This document shows positions 13,182 to 27,644 of a stretch of 64,000 bases of DNA, in pieces. Origin of the DNA: Paraspadella gotoi (Eukaryota > Animalia > Chaetognatha); the NCBI GenBank assembly GCA_051294375.1, contig CM119263.1, forward strand, positions 19,082,625-19,146,624, read 5' to 3'. How positions within the stretch are numbered: the first letter of the stretch is position 1; each line of letters starts with the position of its first letter. Position numbers and translations under genes: made by a program. Under the pieces are notes generated by a model. The model was not told the DNA's origin, did not search any database, and saw only the letters and a program-made list of their open reading frames with translations.

Positions 13182-14003
13182 CAGAAAATTCAAGCAAAGA
13201 GAGAATGTAAAAAAGAAAAGAATAAGAAAAAGAAGGAAAGAACGTTGGAAACGAAAACAAGCCTCCAAAGTCAGAAGGAGATACTAGGAACCAAAGAAAT
13301 GGGGGAGGAGGAGGAGGAGGAGGAGGAGGAGGAGGAATTCCCCGGGAAATGACGACTAACCCCTGGGCGGGATCCGGTTATCCCGGGTAATGGAGGCCGT
13401 CCGTGAAGGAGGGGAGGAGCAGAGGGAGAAGGGCAAGAGGGGGGGGGGGTAAAGAGAAGAGAGAATGAAAGCCAAGAAAGAATATGAGGTTAACGACGAA
13501 GACGATGACACCGGATGGTTTGGGCATTCATGTTTTATGCAGCCCAGTCGTCGTCGTTATCGTCGTCGTCGTCGCCGAGGTTTTTGACGTCGTCGTCGTC
13601 GTCGTCTTCGTCCTCGTGGACGCTCCTTGCTCCGAGAGCCGTTATGATGCATTTTTCATGATTGTGTTGGCGATATTCTCCAAGTGATGCCTTCGGCTGG
13701 TTTTCTTCTAAAACGTTTGCCAAGAGAGAGGAGAGAAAAAGAGAGAGAGAGAGAGATGGAGAGAAAATGAGAGAAAGAGAAATAGGCGGTGAAGGGGAGT
13801 GAGGGGTCAGCGCACTGAGAAAAAGGTGAGGTTGATTGGGTTTGAGTCGGAAAGATAAGAGTCGATATGAAAAGAGTGATTAATGATTGTGAAATTGAAA
13901 ATCTATCGCTGTTCTCAGAATGATTTGGATGAAAGGGAAGCTTGATAAATCTTTCATAAATGGGGATATTTTTTTATTTGTTTGTTATTATCAAAATAAA
14001 AAA

Positions 14004-14098
<95 letters not shown>

Positions 14099-14830
14099 GA
14101 AAGAAAGGTAAAAAGAACATGGCGAGAGAAAAAAAAGGCTGAGGCGAAAGGTGAACGAAGAGTAAACATGAAAGAGGCATAAAACATGGAATCGTTTTCT
14201 TATTCCGTTTGCTTTTCTCCGCGTGAAAAGTGCCCCAGCGGGACGGAGCGAATTGCGAGACAGCGTGATGGCGTCGAAACGTGACAAAGTGAGAACGTGT
14301 CGCCGTGAGTCCGTGACAATGTTTGACTGTTACTTGTGAATGTAATTGAGAAAAGGGAAAAAAAAAGTGGATGCGACACGAGACGACGTAGAAGGGAGAG
14401 AGTAAAGCCGAGAACGTTTCAACGTGAATAGATAAAAAGCGCGAGAATATTTTTTTTTAGTTGGAGAAGATGACGGTTGGATTTTGCGAAAGAAGACGAC
14501 GACGAATCAGAGAGATAACACGAAAGAGGATTAGAAAATGCCAAGCTGGAGAGATCGTCGTAAGAGAGGGCGACCAAGCTTGGTCGACCTCTATTTGGTC
14601 CAAAGAGAGGGCGACCAAGCTTGGTCCAAAGTCAGTTTCCTTTGCATTCCGACGAGAAGCTTCTTCGACGGGAGGATCGGTGGCCTATCCTGCTCATCAC
14701 TTTTTAAAGAAAACCTTTCGTCCCGTGTGAGGACTGGCGACTTCTCAGAATAGGCTTTCGCCCTAGCCACTGAAAGTCTAGCGGTAGCAGGTCTCTCTCT
14801 CTCTCTCTCTCCTCTTCTCCTCTCTTCTCT

Positions 14831-14887
<57 letters not shown>

Positions 14888-15324
14888 ACTCGGCGTTAGC
14901 GTGCTCTCCATTCTCAGTAATCTCTATCACGACCTCTTGTCGTCCGTTTATGTTGATATTCGATGTCAATAAATTATATTTTCCGACTGTACAGGGTTCG
15001 CCTTTCAGATTCATTGTTTTGTTGACTATGTATCAGATTTTTATTATTATTTTCGCAATAAAAATGTCAACGGTTTTTCTTCCTCCTCAGAGACTAATAT
15101 TATTAACTTTCTATAACCATGATGTCCTTTAAGCTATTTCTTTTGAACTACGTTAAATCTAAAATACCCTTTCTCACTTTTCATTCTGTACCCTTTCCTC
15201 CTTTCTTTTCCTTTCATACACTCTCTTTCTCTTCTTTTTTTATTTGAAAACGATTTTCATTTTTCCTTCCACTAACGATTATCTCCTTCAATTCAACCTC
15301 AACTCGAGTCTGCATAACAAAGTT

Positions 15325-15390
<66 letters not shown>

Positions 15391-16175
15391 TTTCCTCCTT
15401 TCTCTCTTTCTTTTTTTTATTCTGTCTTTTCTTTCTCCCTCTTCACAATGAATTCAAATTCTCTCCATTACAATGATAATAAAGTTTCTGTCTCTCTTTG
15501 GTTCTCTATTCTTTTTTCGTTTCTCCGCTCTCGTTCTCTCCTTTCTCTCTCTACTTCTCTCTCTCTCTCATTCTTTCCTTTCACCCCCTTCCTTTTTAAT
15601 TTCTCTATATTGCTTTTCTCTCCATTGTCTTTTTCATTTCTTTTTTTTTTTCTCATTCCTTCTTCTCCAGGATTTTCAGCTCTGGAATGACGTCGCCTCG
15701 TGGCAGAAACAATCAGCGGCGGGGATTTGGAAATAAACGTAAACCGAACAATAGTACTCTGGTTTTTTTCTTTCTTTTTTTCTTTTTAATCCAACCGAGT
15801 CGAAACAGATCGAAACGTCATTGGCTAAAACAAAAACAAAGAAACATCGAACGAGAAGATTCGTCTCCTACTGTTTTTGTATTTTAGCCAATCGGATCTC
15901 GCGACGAAGGAAATCTCGCGGCGCTGATTGGATCCCGCGCTTCCCGCGCCGACGCCGCACGTCATTTATCAAACCCTATAATTGCTTCTCTTTCCCTTTT
16001 TTTTTCTCTTTCTTCTTCTCTCGGAAAATTTTTGCATGTTTTCTAAGCTCAACTTGCGGTTTAAGCGTAGGTAGGATTATTCAAGGCTTTTTTTTTCTTC
16101 TTTCCTCCTCGCAGCCTCCATCTTCGTCTCTCTGTCTCCGCCGTGTAAAAAATAATTTGTCTCTCTCTTTCTCTC

Positions 16176-16218
<43 letters not shown>

Positions 16219-16573
16219 AAGCCGAGGCGACTTGACTTTCCGTCATTTCATTTTCCACGTAAACCAAATCATTTTTAGAAGACTTGCGACGAACTTTTTT
16301 TCGCTTTCAACATTGTCGAAAAAATTGACTCAGCTTCTTTTAGCTTAATTTATACCATAGCTTTTCCTCGGTATGGCGTCTTGTATACCATGATTGCTTT
16401 TTGCTACGAGATCTGGCAAAGCTTTGTCAAATTAGAAAAGTCACGACCACAATAGACGCCGTAAATGACGCCGCCAATCGTAGAGCCTCAATCCAAAGCG
16501 CCGCTAATTGAGCGCTTGTTAGGATTAAATTACAGTATTAACAATTAACTAATATTTTGTTGTTACTGAAGAA

Positions 16574-16611
<38 letters not shown>

Positions 16612-16908
16612 GTTTAGGACTTTGTTTAACTTTGAAACTTTTGACGTCATATGGAGAAAGAAAATCATTTTTTGAATTTCCCCCAGGGGATGAAAAAGGG
16701 AAAAAAACTGAGAGGGACGAAAGAGGCGAACGAAGAGAAGTAAGAAGATTTGAAAAGATGAGGGACGAGAAATCGGGGGAGAAGGGTTGAGGAGTTTAGG
16801 GGTTGAAAGGTTGAGGGGTTGAAGAGTTGAGAAGTTGAGAGGATTGAGGAGTTAAGGGGTTGTGGGGTTGAAGGGTTGAGAAGTTGAGAGGATAAGGGGT
16901 TGAGGAGT
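12440..16908 (+). repeat. Segment A, first copy; carries minus-strand copies of putative exons 1-2 of the orphan TM gene (13361-13527, 12933-13024)
   Basis: The reverse complement recurs at 16934-20965 (partial) and ~25110-30470. Confidence 0.9.
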
Positions 16909-17200
16909 NNNNNNNNNNNNNNNNNNNNNNNNNTCTCGAACCCCTTCAACTCCTTCAACTTCCTCAACCCCCCAACCGTTTCAACCCCATACTCCTAAAC
17001 CCTCATCCTCTCATGCCCTCAACCGCCTCAAACCCTTCAACCCCTCATCCCTTAACTCCTAAAACCCCTTAACTCCTCAACCCCTTATCCTCTCAACTTC
17101 TCAACCCTTCAACCCCAACAACCCCTTAACTCCTCATCCTCTCCAACTTCTCAAACTTCTTCAACCCCTCAACCTTTCAGAACGCCCTAAACTCCTCAAC
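16780..17200. repeat. Degenerate ~8-bp tandem repeat (GGGTTGAG/GAGTTGAG)n; also at 20975-21095 and 24990-25365
   Basis: gggttgaggagtttaggggttgaaaggttgaggggttgaagagttgag... with its complement after the 25-N gap. Confidence 0.85.
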
Positions 17201-19409
17201 CCTTCTCCCCGATTCTCTCGTCCCTCATTTTCAAATGCTTCTTACTTCTCTTCGTTTCGCCTCTTTCGTCCCTCTCAGTTTTTTCCCTTTTCATCCCCTG
17301 GGGGAAATTTCAAAAATGATTTCTTTCTCCATAATGACGTCAAAAAGTTTCCAAAGTTAAACAAAGTCCTAACCTATCTCTCTCTCTATCTCTCTCTCTC
17401 TCTCTCTCTTCTCTCTTCCCTTTCTTCAGTAAAACAAAATATTAGTAATTGTAATCCCTGTAATTAATCCTAAACAAGCGCTCAATTAGCGGCGCTTTGG
17501 AATTGAGGCTCTTACGATTGGCGGCGCATTTCATACGGCGTCTATTGTGGGTCAGTGACTTTGTCTAATTTGACAAAGCTTGCCAAATCTCGTGCAAAAG
17601 CAATTCATGGTATACAAGACGCCATTAGCCGAGGAACAAAGCTATAGGTATAAATTAAAGCTAAAAAGAAAGCTGAGTCAATTTTTGACAATGTTGGAAA
17701 GCGGAAAAAGAGTTCGTCGCAAGTCTTCTAGCAAGATCATTTGGTTACGTGGAAATAAATGACGGAAAGTCAAGTCGCCTCGGCTTGAGAGAAGAGAGAG
17801 AGAGAGAGAGAGAGGAGGAGAGAGAGAGAGGAGAGAGGAGGAGAAGAGAGAGAGAGAGATGAAGAGAGAGAAGAAGAGAAGAGAGAGAGAGAGAGAGAGA
17901 GAGATGAGAGAGAGAGACGAGAGAGAGAGGGGAAATGCGAGTCCCGTTGCGTCTCTTTCTGTTTGGAAAAGGAAAAAAGTCGGCGCACGTTTTGATGAGA
18001 TGGCGGCGCGGAGAGGTGGAGGTGGGAGGTGAGGTGGAGGGTGGCGGAGGTGGCGGCAGCAGAGAGAGAGCGCAAAGAGAGAGAGAGAAACCACCTGGCG
18101 AGAGAGAGAGAGAGAGAGAGCGGAGGAAAAAGAGAGAGACAAATTATTTCTTTTACACGGCGGAGCAGAGAGACGAAGATGGAGGCTGCGAGGAGGAAGA
18201 AGAAAAAACAAGCCTTGAATAATCCTACCTACGCTTAAACCGCAAGTGAGCTTAGAAAAACATATGCAAAAATTTTCCGATGTAGAAGAAGAAGAGAAAA
18301 AAAAAGGGAAAGAGAAGCAATTATAGGGTTTGATAAATGACGTGCGGCGTGCGGGCGCGGGAAGGCGGGATCCAACTCAGCGCCGTCGAGATTTCCTTCG
18401 GTCGCGAGATCCGATTTGGCTAAAATACAAAAACAGTAGGAGACGAATCTTCTCGTTCGATGTTTCTTTGGTTTTTGTTTTAGCCAATGACGTTTCGATC
18501 TGTTATCGCACTCGGTTGCGTTAAAAAGAAAAAAAGAAAGAAAAAACCAGAGTACTATTGTTCGGTTACGTTTATTCAAATCCCCGCGCTTGATTGTTCT
18601 CCACGAGGCGACGTCATTCCAGAGCTGAAATCCTGGAGAAGACAAGGAATGAGAAAAAAAAAGAAATGAAAAAGACAATGGAGAGAAAAAGCAATATAGA
18701 GAAATTAAAAAGGAAGAGGGGTTGAAAGGAAAGAATGGAGAGAGAGAGAGGTAGAGAGAGAAAGGAGAGAACGAGAGCGGAAAGAACGAAAAAAAGAATA
18801 GAGAACCAAAGAGAGACAGAAACCTTTATTATCTTGTAATGGAGAGAATTTGAATTCATTGTAAAGAGGGAGAAAGAAAAAGACAGAATAAAAAAAAGAA
18901 GAGAGAAAGGAGGAAGGGAAGAAAGAAAGAAGAAAGAAAAGATAAAGAAAGAAAGAAAGAAAGAAACTTTGTTTATGGCAGACTCGAGTTCGAGGTTGAA
19001 TTGAAGGACGAATCGTTAGTGGAAGGAAAAATGAAAAATACGGTTTTCAATAAAAGAAGAAGAGAAGGAGAGTGTATAAAGGAAAAGAAAGGAGAAAGGG
19101 GTCAGAATGAAAAGTAGAAAGGGTATTTAGATTTATATCGTAGTTCAAAGAATAGGCTAAAGGACATCATGGTTATAGAAAAGAAAACACCGTTGACATT
19201 TTTATTGCGAAAATAATAATAAAAAATCTGGATACATAGTCAACAAACCAATGAATCTGAAAGCGCGAACCCGGAAGGCATACCCTGTAGTACAGTCGGA
19301 AATAACTTAATTTATTGACATCAATATATCAACAGTAAAGGACGACAAGAGGGTCGTGATATGAGATTCACTGAGAAGGGAGAGCACGCTACTGACCAAG
19401 AAAAGAGAG

Positions 19410-19470
<61 letters not shown>

Positions 19471-20965
19471 AGAGAAGAGAGAGAGAGATGACCGCTACCG
19501 CTAACGACTTCGTGGCTACGAAACCTTATTTGAAAGTCCCAGTCCTCACGGACGAAAGGTTTTTCTTTAAAAAGTGATGAGCAGGATTAAGGCCACCGAG
19601 TCCTCCCGTCGAAGAGAAGCTTCCTCGTCGGAATGCAAAGGAAACTGACTTTGGACCAAGCTTGGTCGCCATCTCTTTGGACCAAATTAGAGGTCGACCA
19701 AGCTGGTTCGCCCTCTCTTACGACGATCTCCAGCTTGGCATTTTTCTAATCTCTCTCTCGTTTATCTCTCTGATTCGTCGTCGTCTTCTTCTAGCAAAAT
19801 CACAACCGTCATCTCTCAACCAAAAAAAAATATTCCTCGCGCTTTTATGTTATCTATTCACGTTGAAAAACGTTCTCGGCCTTTATCTCTCCCTTCGACG
19901 TCTCGTCGTGTCGCATCCACTTTTTTTCAGCTTTCTCAATTACATTCACAAGTAACAGTCAAACATTTGTCACCGGACTCCACGGGCGACCACGTTCTTA
20001 TTGTCACGTTTCGACGGACCATCACGCTGTTCGCAATTCGCTCGTTCCCGCTGGGAGCACTTTTTCACGCGGAGAAAAGGCAAACGGAATAAGAAAACGA
20101 TTCCATGTTTTAATGCCTCTTTCATTTTTACCTTCGTTCACCTTTCGCTCAGCCTTTTTTTCCTTCTCGCATGTTCTTTTTACCTTTCTCCTTTCCTTTC
20201 TTTCTTTTCTTTCTTTTCTTTCTTTTTTTCTTTTCTTTTCTTTCTTATTTCTTTCTTTCTTTCCTTTCTTTTCTTTCTTTCTTTCTTTTTTTTATTTTGA
20301 TAATAACAAACAAATATAAAAAAAATTCCCCATTTATGAAAGATTTTATCAAGCTTCCCTTTCATCCAAAATCATTTTGAAACAAGCGATTAGATTTTCA
20401 ATTTCACAATCCATTAATTCCACTCTTTTCATATGACTCTATCTTTGCCGATCGAACAACAAACCTCACCTTTTCTCAGTGCGCTGACCGCCTCACTCCC
20501 CTTCACCTTCTCTCATTCTTTCCTCTCATTTTTCTCCTCCATCTCTCTCTCTCTCTCTTTTCTCTCCTCTCTCTTGGCAACTTTTAAGAAGAAAACCAGC
20601 CGAAGGCATCACTTGGAGAATATCGCAACAAAATCATGAAAAATGCATCATAACGGCTCTCGGAGCAAGGAGCGTCCACGAGGAGACGACGACGACGACG
20701 ACGACGTCAAAAAACTCGGCGACGACGACGGACGGATAACGACGACGACTGGGCTGCAGTAAAACATGAATGCCAACCATCCCGGTTGTTCATCGTCTTT
20801 CGTCGTTAACCTATTATTCTTTCTTGGCTTTCATTCTCTCTCTCTTTTACCCCCCCCCCTCTTCCCTTCTCCCTCTGCTTCCTACCCCTCCTTCACGGAC
20901 GGCCTCATACCCCGGGATAACCGGATCCCGCCCAGGGGTTAGTCGTCATTTCCGGGGAATTCCTC
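16934..20965 (-). repeat. Inverted noisy copy of segment A (~13330-16908)
   Basis: For example 18230-18700 mirrors 15630-16080 and 20600-20960 mirrors 13335-13710, with many single-base indels. Confidence 0.9.
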
Positions 20966-20974
20966 CATCTCTCT

Positions 20975-21778
20975 CTGAGGAGTTGAGAAATTAAGAGTTT
21001 GAGGGGTTGAGGAGTTAAGCGGTTGAGGCGTTGAGGGGTTGAGGAATTGAGGAGTTGAGGTATTAAGGGGTTGAAGGGTTTTGGGGTTGAGGGAGGACAG
21101 TGGAAATTAAAAATATTCTATAGTAAACTGTGAAACGAGAAAAGCGAAGGGGGCTGGGCTGAGGAAATAGAGGATTAAGTCGACTATATATGTATTTAAA
21201 TAAGAATTAATATGAGTTTGGGTATAGGTTGAAAATCAAAATAGATAATAGAGCCAAAATAAAGTATGAAAGGATGAAATGAAAGAGGAGACAGGTTGAG
21301 AAGAAGGAAAGAAAATGTGGAAAAAAGATCGATGAGGAAGGAAGAAACTGGAAATGGAATCGAATTGTTTAACAAAGAGTCAGCGCCAGAAAAGAATGAC
21401 GACGACGATGACGACGACGGCGACGACGATGTCGCCAACCGATTTTTTTTTTTTTTTTTCGAACCGTAGAACGACGAATCGAAAAATCCGATTATCGAAT
21501 TTTCGATGATTCGTTATTTCGAAAGAATGAACTTTCCGAAGCGACGCTTCTCAGTTCCTGGGGCAATTATGAGAAAATCCTCGAGTGAAGAACTCCACGA
21601 ATAATAACGACAACAACAACGACAACAAACGTCGAGATTCAGAGAGAAAAAACCGGAAGTCCTCGACGTTGATGCATTTTCCTCTCATCGCGCGCGAACT
21701 TATCATCCTCATTACGAAATCTCCTCATCTATCATCGATTTAAATGATACACTTGTTAATGGAATCTCTCTCTCTCTA

Positions 21779-21853
<75 letters not shown>

Positions 21854-21889
21854 GGCTGGGGCGACGGTTCAGATAAGATTCAAGCCCTG

Positions 21890-21921
<32 letters not shown>

Positions 21922-22912
21922 GCGCTCTGAGGAGGAAAAGTCATATCTTTTGTCGATGGGATAATCACAACAACGACGACGACGACGACCATGAAGATGA
22001 AACCTGATGACGATAACGACATCGATGATAACAATGACGTGCGCCTCTATTCCAAAAGAACCACAACGACACCAAATTCACGATGACAAAGAATCTTCAA
22101 TCTTCTCGCAACATCGCTAATTACTAATGCAAAGTCGGTATTTATTTTATCGCGCTATTAGTTCCGCTGCGTTAGTGACGCCGCATTGCATTCGTCGCGT
22201 CACTCCATTAGCTATCGAGTCTGTCGACGACGACGACGACGACGACGACGACGGCGACGGCGATGGGAAAAGACAGACATCGAGAATACTTCGCATCAAA
22301 AATCTTAGAAACATGAATAATGCAAGATTTCTCGTTTTATATACATTTACATTTTTTGCTTCTTAATTTTCTTTCGGATCTGAATAAAGCGATCGAGAAT
22401 GTAGGTCAGGATGGAGAATAAACAGTGAGTTTACGAGTGGGAGAAGCGAGAGAGATAGGCACTGGGTAAGGGCAATGTTGGTATTTGAGTGGCCATGGGG
22501 TGAAGAAATTTTGATGACTAAGTAGATCGCTTGGGACAGCGCAATGAACTTGAGTTGATGTCTTGCACGTCTTGCCACTAATAGTGATGTTGATCTTGAT
22601 GTTGATCTTGATGTTGATAAGGTAAGGAAGTTGCATTGGGAGGATGATTTTGGGAGATAAGCCACAGGACTAAATTTTTAAGGAAGCCTATATGGAAATT
22701 GCCCCAAGGTAAGGGATTAGCCTGACCCGCCCAGCACCGCCCAAGCCCCCGGAAGGAAACCCCGAAATAAAATCGGGGATCGGTGGTCCAGAAAATGTAA
22801 ATTGGAGAACAAAGGATTTCCTCCACTTTTTTTCGCGCTCCTCCGTTTCATAGCTCTCATCTCTTCTCTCTCTTCTCTCGTCTCCTCTCTTCTCCTCTCC
22901 TCTCTCCCTCTT

Positions 22913-22962
<50 letters not shown>

Positions 22963-23145
22963 AATGTTCGTGCTTTGCGCAGTTTTGACAACGCTTCCCA
23001 TCCTTCTTTGTTCGGCATTATTTATATTCCCAGCACACACTCTCCGCTTTTCTCTTTGTTTTCTTCTTTTTCCATCTTTCCTTTCATTTTCCCTTGCATG
23101 GTCCTATTTATTTCTCTATACTCTCTCTCATCTCTCTCTCTCTCT

Positions 23146-23199
<54 letters not shown>

Positions 23200-24212
23200 G
23201 CAGGACAAGACGCATGATAAATCGAAAATCCATCCAATCATCAAACTCGGTTAAGGTTTCCCTCATAGGGGTTTTCCCTCCGGGGGCTTGGGCGGTGCTG
23301 GCGGGTCAGGCTCAAACCTTAAACCTTGGGGCAATTTCCACTTAAGGCTTCCTTAAAAATTTAGTCCTGTGGCTTATCTCCCAAAATCATCCCTCCCAAT
23401 GCAACTTCCTTACACTTAATCAACATCAAGATCAACATCAAGAACACACTGATTAGTGCAAAGACGTGCAAGACAATCAACTCAAAGTTCATTGCGCTTG
23501 TCACCAAGCGATCTACTTAGTCATTCAAAATTTCTTCACCCCATGGCCACTCAAATACCAACATTGCCCTTACCCAGTGCCTATCTCTCTCGCTTCTCCC
23601 ACTCGTAACTCACTGTTTATTCTCCCATCCTGACTCTACATTCTCGAATCGCTTTTATTCAGATCGAAAGAAAAATTAAGAAGCAAAAAAATGTAAATGT
23701 ATATAAAACGAGAATCTTGCATTTTCACTTTTCTAAGATTTTTGATGCGAAAGTATTCTCGAAGTCTGTCTTTTCCCCAATCGCCGTCGCCGTCGCGTCG
23801 TCGTCGTCGTCGTCGTCGACCAGACTCGATAGCAATGGAGTGACGCGACGAATGCAATGCGCGTCACTAACGCAGCGGAACTAATCAGCGCGATAAAATA
23901 AATACCGGACTTTGCATTAGTAATTTAGCGATGTGCAGAGAAGATTGAAGATTCTTTGTCATTGTTGAATTTGGTGTCGTTGTTGGTTCTTTTGGAATAG
24001 AGGCGCACGTCATTGTTATCAAATCGAGTGTCGTTATGTCATCAGGTTTCATCTTCCATGCGTCGTCGTCGTCGTCGTTGTTGTGGATTAATTCCCATCG
24101 ACAAAGATATTACTTTTCCTCCTCAGAGCGCTCGTCGTTCGTGTTCGTCGTCCGTCGTCGTCGTCGTCGTCGTCGACGGGCTTCGATCTTATCTGAACCG
24201 TCGCCCCAGCAC

Positions 24213-24251
<39 letters not shown>

Positions 24252-25110
24252 GAGAGAGAGAGAGGAGAGAGAAGAGAGAGAGAGAAGAGAGAGAGAGTTC
24301 CATAACAAGTGTATCATTTAAATCGAATGATAGATGAGGAGATTTCGTGTTAATGAGGATGATAAGTTTCGCGCGAGCGCGATGAGAGGAAAATGCATCA
24401 ACGTCGAGGCACTTCCGTTTTTTCTCTCTGAATCTCGACGTTTGTTTGTCGTTGTTGTTGTCCGTTATATTCGTGAGTTCTTCACTCAGGATTTTCTCAA
24501 AATTGCCCCAGGAACTGAGAAGACGTCGCTTCGGAAAGTTCATTCTTTCGAAAATAACGAATCATCGAAAAAATTTCGATAATCGGATTTTTCGATTCGT
24601 CGTTTACGGTTCGAAAAAAAAAAAAATCGAGTTGGCGACATTCGTCGTCGCCGTCGTCGTCATCGTTCGTCGTTCATTCTTTTTCTGGCGCTGACTCTCT
24701 TTGCTTAAAACAATATCGATTCCATTTCCAGTTTCTTCCTTCCCTCATCGTCTTTTTTTCTCTCATTTCTTTCCTTCTTCTCAACCTGTCTCCTCTTTCA
24801 TTTCATCCTTTCATAACTTTTATTTTGGCTCTATATCTATTTTGATTTTTCAACCTATACCCAAAAACTCATGATTAATTCTATTAAATACATATATATG
24901 TCGATTAATCCTATATCTTCCTCAGCCCAGCCCCTTCGCTTTTCTCGTTTCACAGTTTACTATAGAATAATTTAATTTCGCACTGTCCTCCCCTCAACCC
25001 CAAACCCTTCAACCCCTTAATACCGTCAACTCCTTCAATTCCTTCAAACCCCTCAACGCCTCAACCCTTAACTCCTCAAACCCCTCAAAACTCTTAATTT
25101 TCTCAACACC
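20975..25110. repeat. Fold-back: segment B (20975-22765) and its inverted copy (23268-25110) around spacer C (22800-23255)
   Basis: 22700-22765 is the reverse complement of 23268-23340, and 21380-21760 mirrors 24300-24700. Spacer C recurs directly at 30497-30890. Confidence 0.9.
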
Positions 25111-26036
25111 CTTCAACTCCTCACTTCCTCAACCCCCCAACCGTTCAACCCCATAACTCCTAAACCCTCATCCCTCTCATGCCCTGCAACCCCTCAAACC
25201 CTTCAACCCCTCATCCCTTAACTCCTAAACCCCTTAACTCCTCAACCCCTTATCCTCTCAACTTCTTAACCCTTCACCCACAACCCTTAACTCCTCATCC
25301 TCTCCAACTTCTCAAACTCTCTTCAACCCCTCAACCTTTCAAACGCCCTAAACTCCTCAACCCTTCTCCCCCGATTCTCTCGTCCCTCATCTTCAAATCT
25401 TCTTACTTTCTCGTTTCGCCTCTTTCGTCCCTCTCAGTTTTTTCCCTTTTCATCCCCTGGGGGAAATTCAAAAATGATTTTCTTTCTCCATAATGACGTC
25501 AAAAAGTTTCCAAAAGTTAAACAAAGTCCTAAACCTATCTCTCTCTCCCTATCTTCTCTCTCTCTCTCTCTTCTCTCTTCCTTTCTTCAGTACAACAAAC
25601 ATATTAGTTAATTGTAATCCTGTAATTATCCTAACAAGCGCTCAATTAGCGGCGCTTTGGAATTGAGGCTCTACGATTGCGGCGCATTTCATACGGCGTC
25701 TATTGTGGGTCAGTGACTTTGTCTAATTTGACAAAGCTTTGCAAATCTTCGTAGCAAAAGCAAATTCATGGTATACAAGACGCCATAGCCGAGGAACAAC
25801 TATGGTTAAATTAAAGCTAAAAAGAAAGCTTGAGTCAATTTTTTGACAATGTTGAAAGCGGAAAAAGAGTTCGTTCGCAAGTCTTCTAGCAAGATCATTT
25901 TGGTTTACGTGGAAATAAATGACGGAAAGTCAAGTCGCCTCGGCTGAGAGAAAAGAGAGAGAGAGAGAGAGAGAGGAGAAGAGAGGGAGAGAGGAGAGGA
26001 AGAGGAAGAGAGAGAGAGAGAGAAGAGAGAAGAGAT

Positions 26037-26091
<55 letters not shown>

Positions 26092-27553
26092 AAATGCGAG
26101 TCCCGTTGGCTCTTTCTGTTGGAAAAAGGAAAAAAGTCGGCGCACGTTTTGATTGAGATGGCGGCGGGAGAGGTGGAGTGGGAGGTGAGGTGGAGGGTGG
26201 CGGAGGTGGCGGCAGCAGAGAGAGAGCGAAGAGAGAGAGAGAAACCACCCTGGGCGAGAGAGAGAGAGAGAGAGGCGAGAGGAAAAAGAGAAGAGACAAA
26301 TTATTTTTTACCACGGCGGAGACAGAGAGACGAAGAATGGAGGCTGCCGAGGAGGAAAGAAAAAAAAAGCCTGAATAATCCTACCTACGTTAAACCGCAA
26401 GTTGAGCTTAGAAAACATTGCAAAAATTTTCCGATGTAGAAGAAGAAGAGAAAAAAAAAGGGAAAGAGAAGCAATTATAGGGTTGATAAATGACGTGCGG
26501 CGTGCGGGCGCGGGAAGCGCGGGATCCAATCAGCGCCGTCGAGATTTCCTTCGGTCGCGAGATCCGATTTGGCTAAAATACAAAAAACAGTAGGAGACGA
26601 ATCTTCTCGTCTCGATGTTTCTTTGTTTTTGTTTTAGCCAATGACGTTTCGATCTGTTTCCGACTCGGTCTGGATTAAAAAGAAAAAAAGAAAGAAAAAA
26701 CCAGAGTACTATTGGTTTCGGTTTACGTTTATTCCAAATCCCCGCCGCTGATTGTTTTCTGCCACGAGGCGACGTCATTCCAGAGCTGCAAATCCTGGAG
26801 AAGAAGGAATGAGAAAAAAAAAAAGAAATGAAAAAGAACAATGGAGAGAAAAAGCAATATAGAGAAATTAAAAAGGCAAGAGGGGTTGAAAGGAAAGATG
26901 GAGAGAGAGAGAGGTAGAGAGAGAAAGGAGAGACGAAGCGGAAAGAAACGAAAAAGAATAGGAGAACCAAAGAGAGACAGAAACTTTATTATCATTGTAA
27001 TGGAGAGAATTTGAATTCATTGTAAAGAGGGAGAAGAAAAAGACAGAATAAAAAAAAGAAAGAGAGAAAGGAGGAAAGGAAGAAAAGAAAGAAGAAAAAG
27101 AAAGGATAAAGAAAGAAAGAAAGAAAGAAACTTTGTTATGCAGACTCGAGTTCGAGGTTGAATTGAAGGACGATATCGTTAGTGGAAGGAAAAATGAAAT
27201 CGTTTTCAGATAAAAGAAGAAGAGAAGAGAGTGATAAAGGAAAAGAAAGGAGAAGGGGTACAGAATGAAAAGTAGAAAGGGTATTTAGATTTATATCGAG
27301 TTCAAAGAAAGCTTAAAGGACATCATGGTTATAGAAAAAGAAAACACCGTTGACATTTTTATTGCAAAATAATAATAAAAATCTGGATACATAGTCAACA
27401 AAACCAATGATCTGAAAGCGCGAACCCTGAAAGGCAGAACCCTGTTACAGTCGGAAATATACTATAATTTATTGACATCAAATATCAACAGTAAACGGAC
27501 GACAAGAGAGGTCGTGATATGAGATTACTGAGAAGGGAGAGACGCTACTGACC

Positions 27554-27644
<91 letters not shown>

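Noticed and set aside
20967-20976. ATCTCTCTCT at a junction, like the start of a PacBio SMRTbell adapter
   Set aside because: Only 10 bp in a CT-rich genome, and the rest of the adapter is absent.
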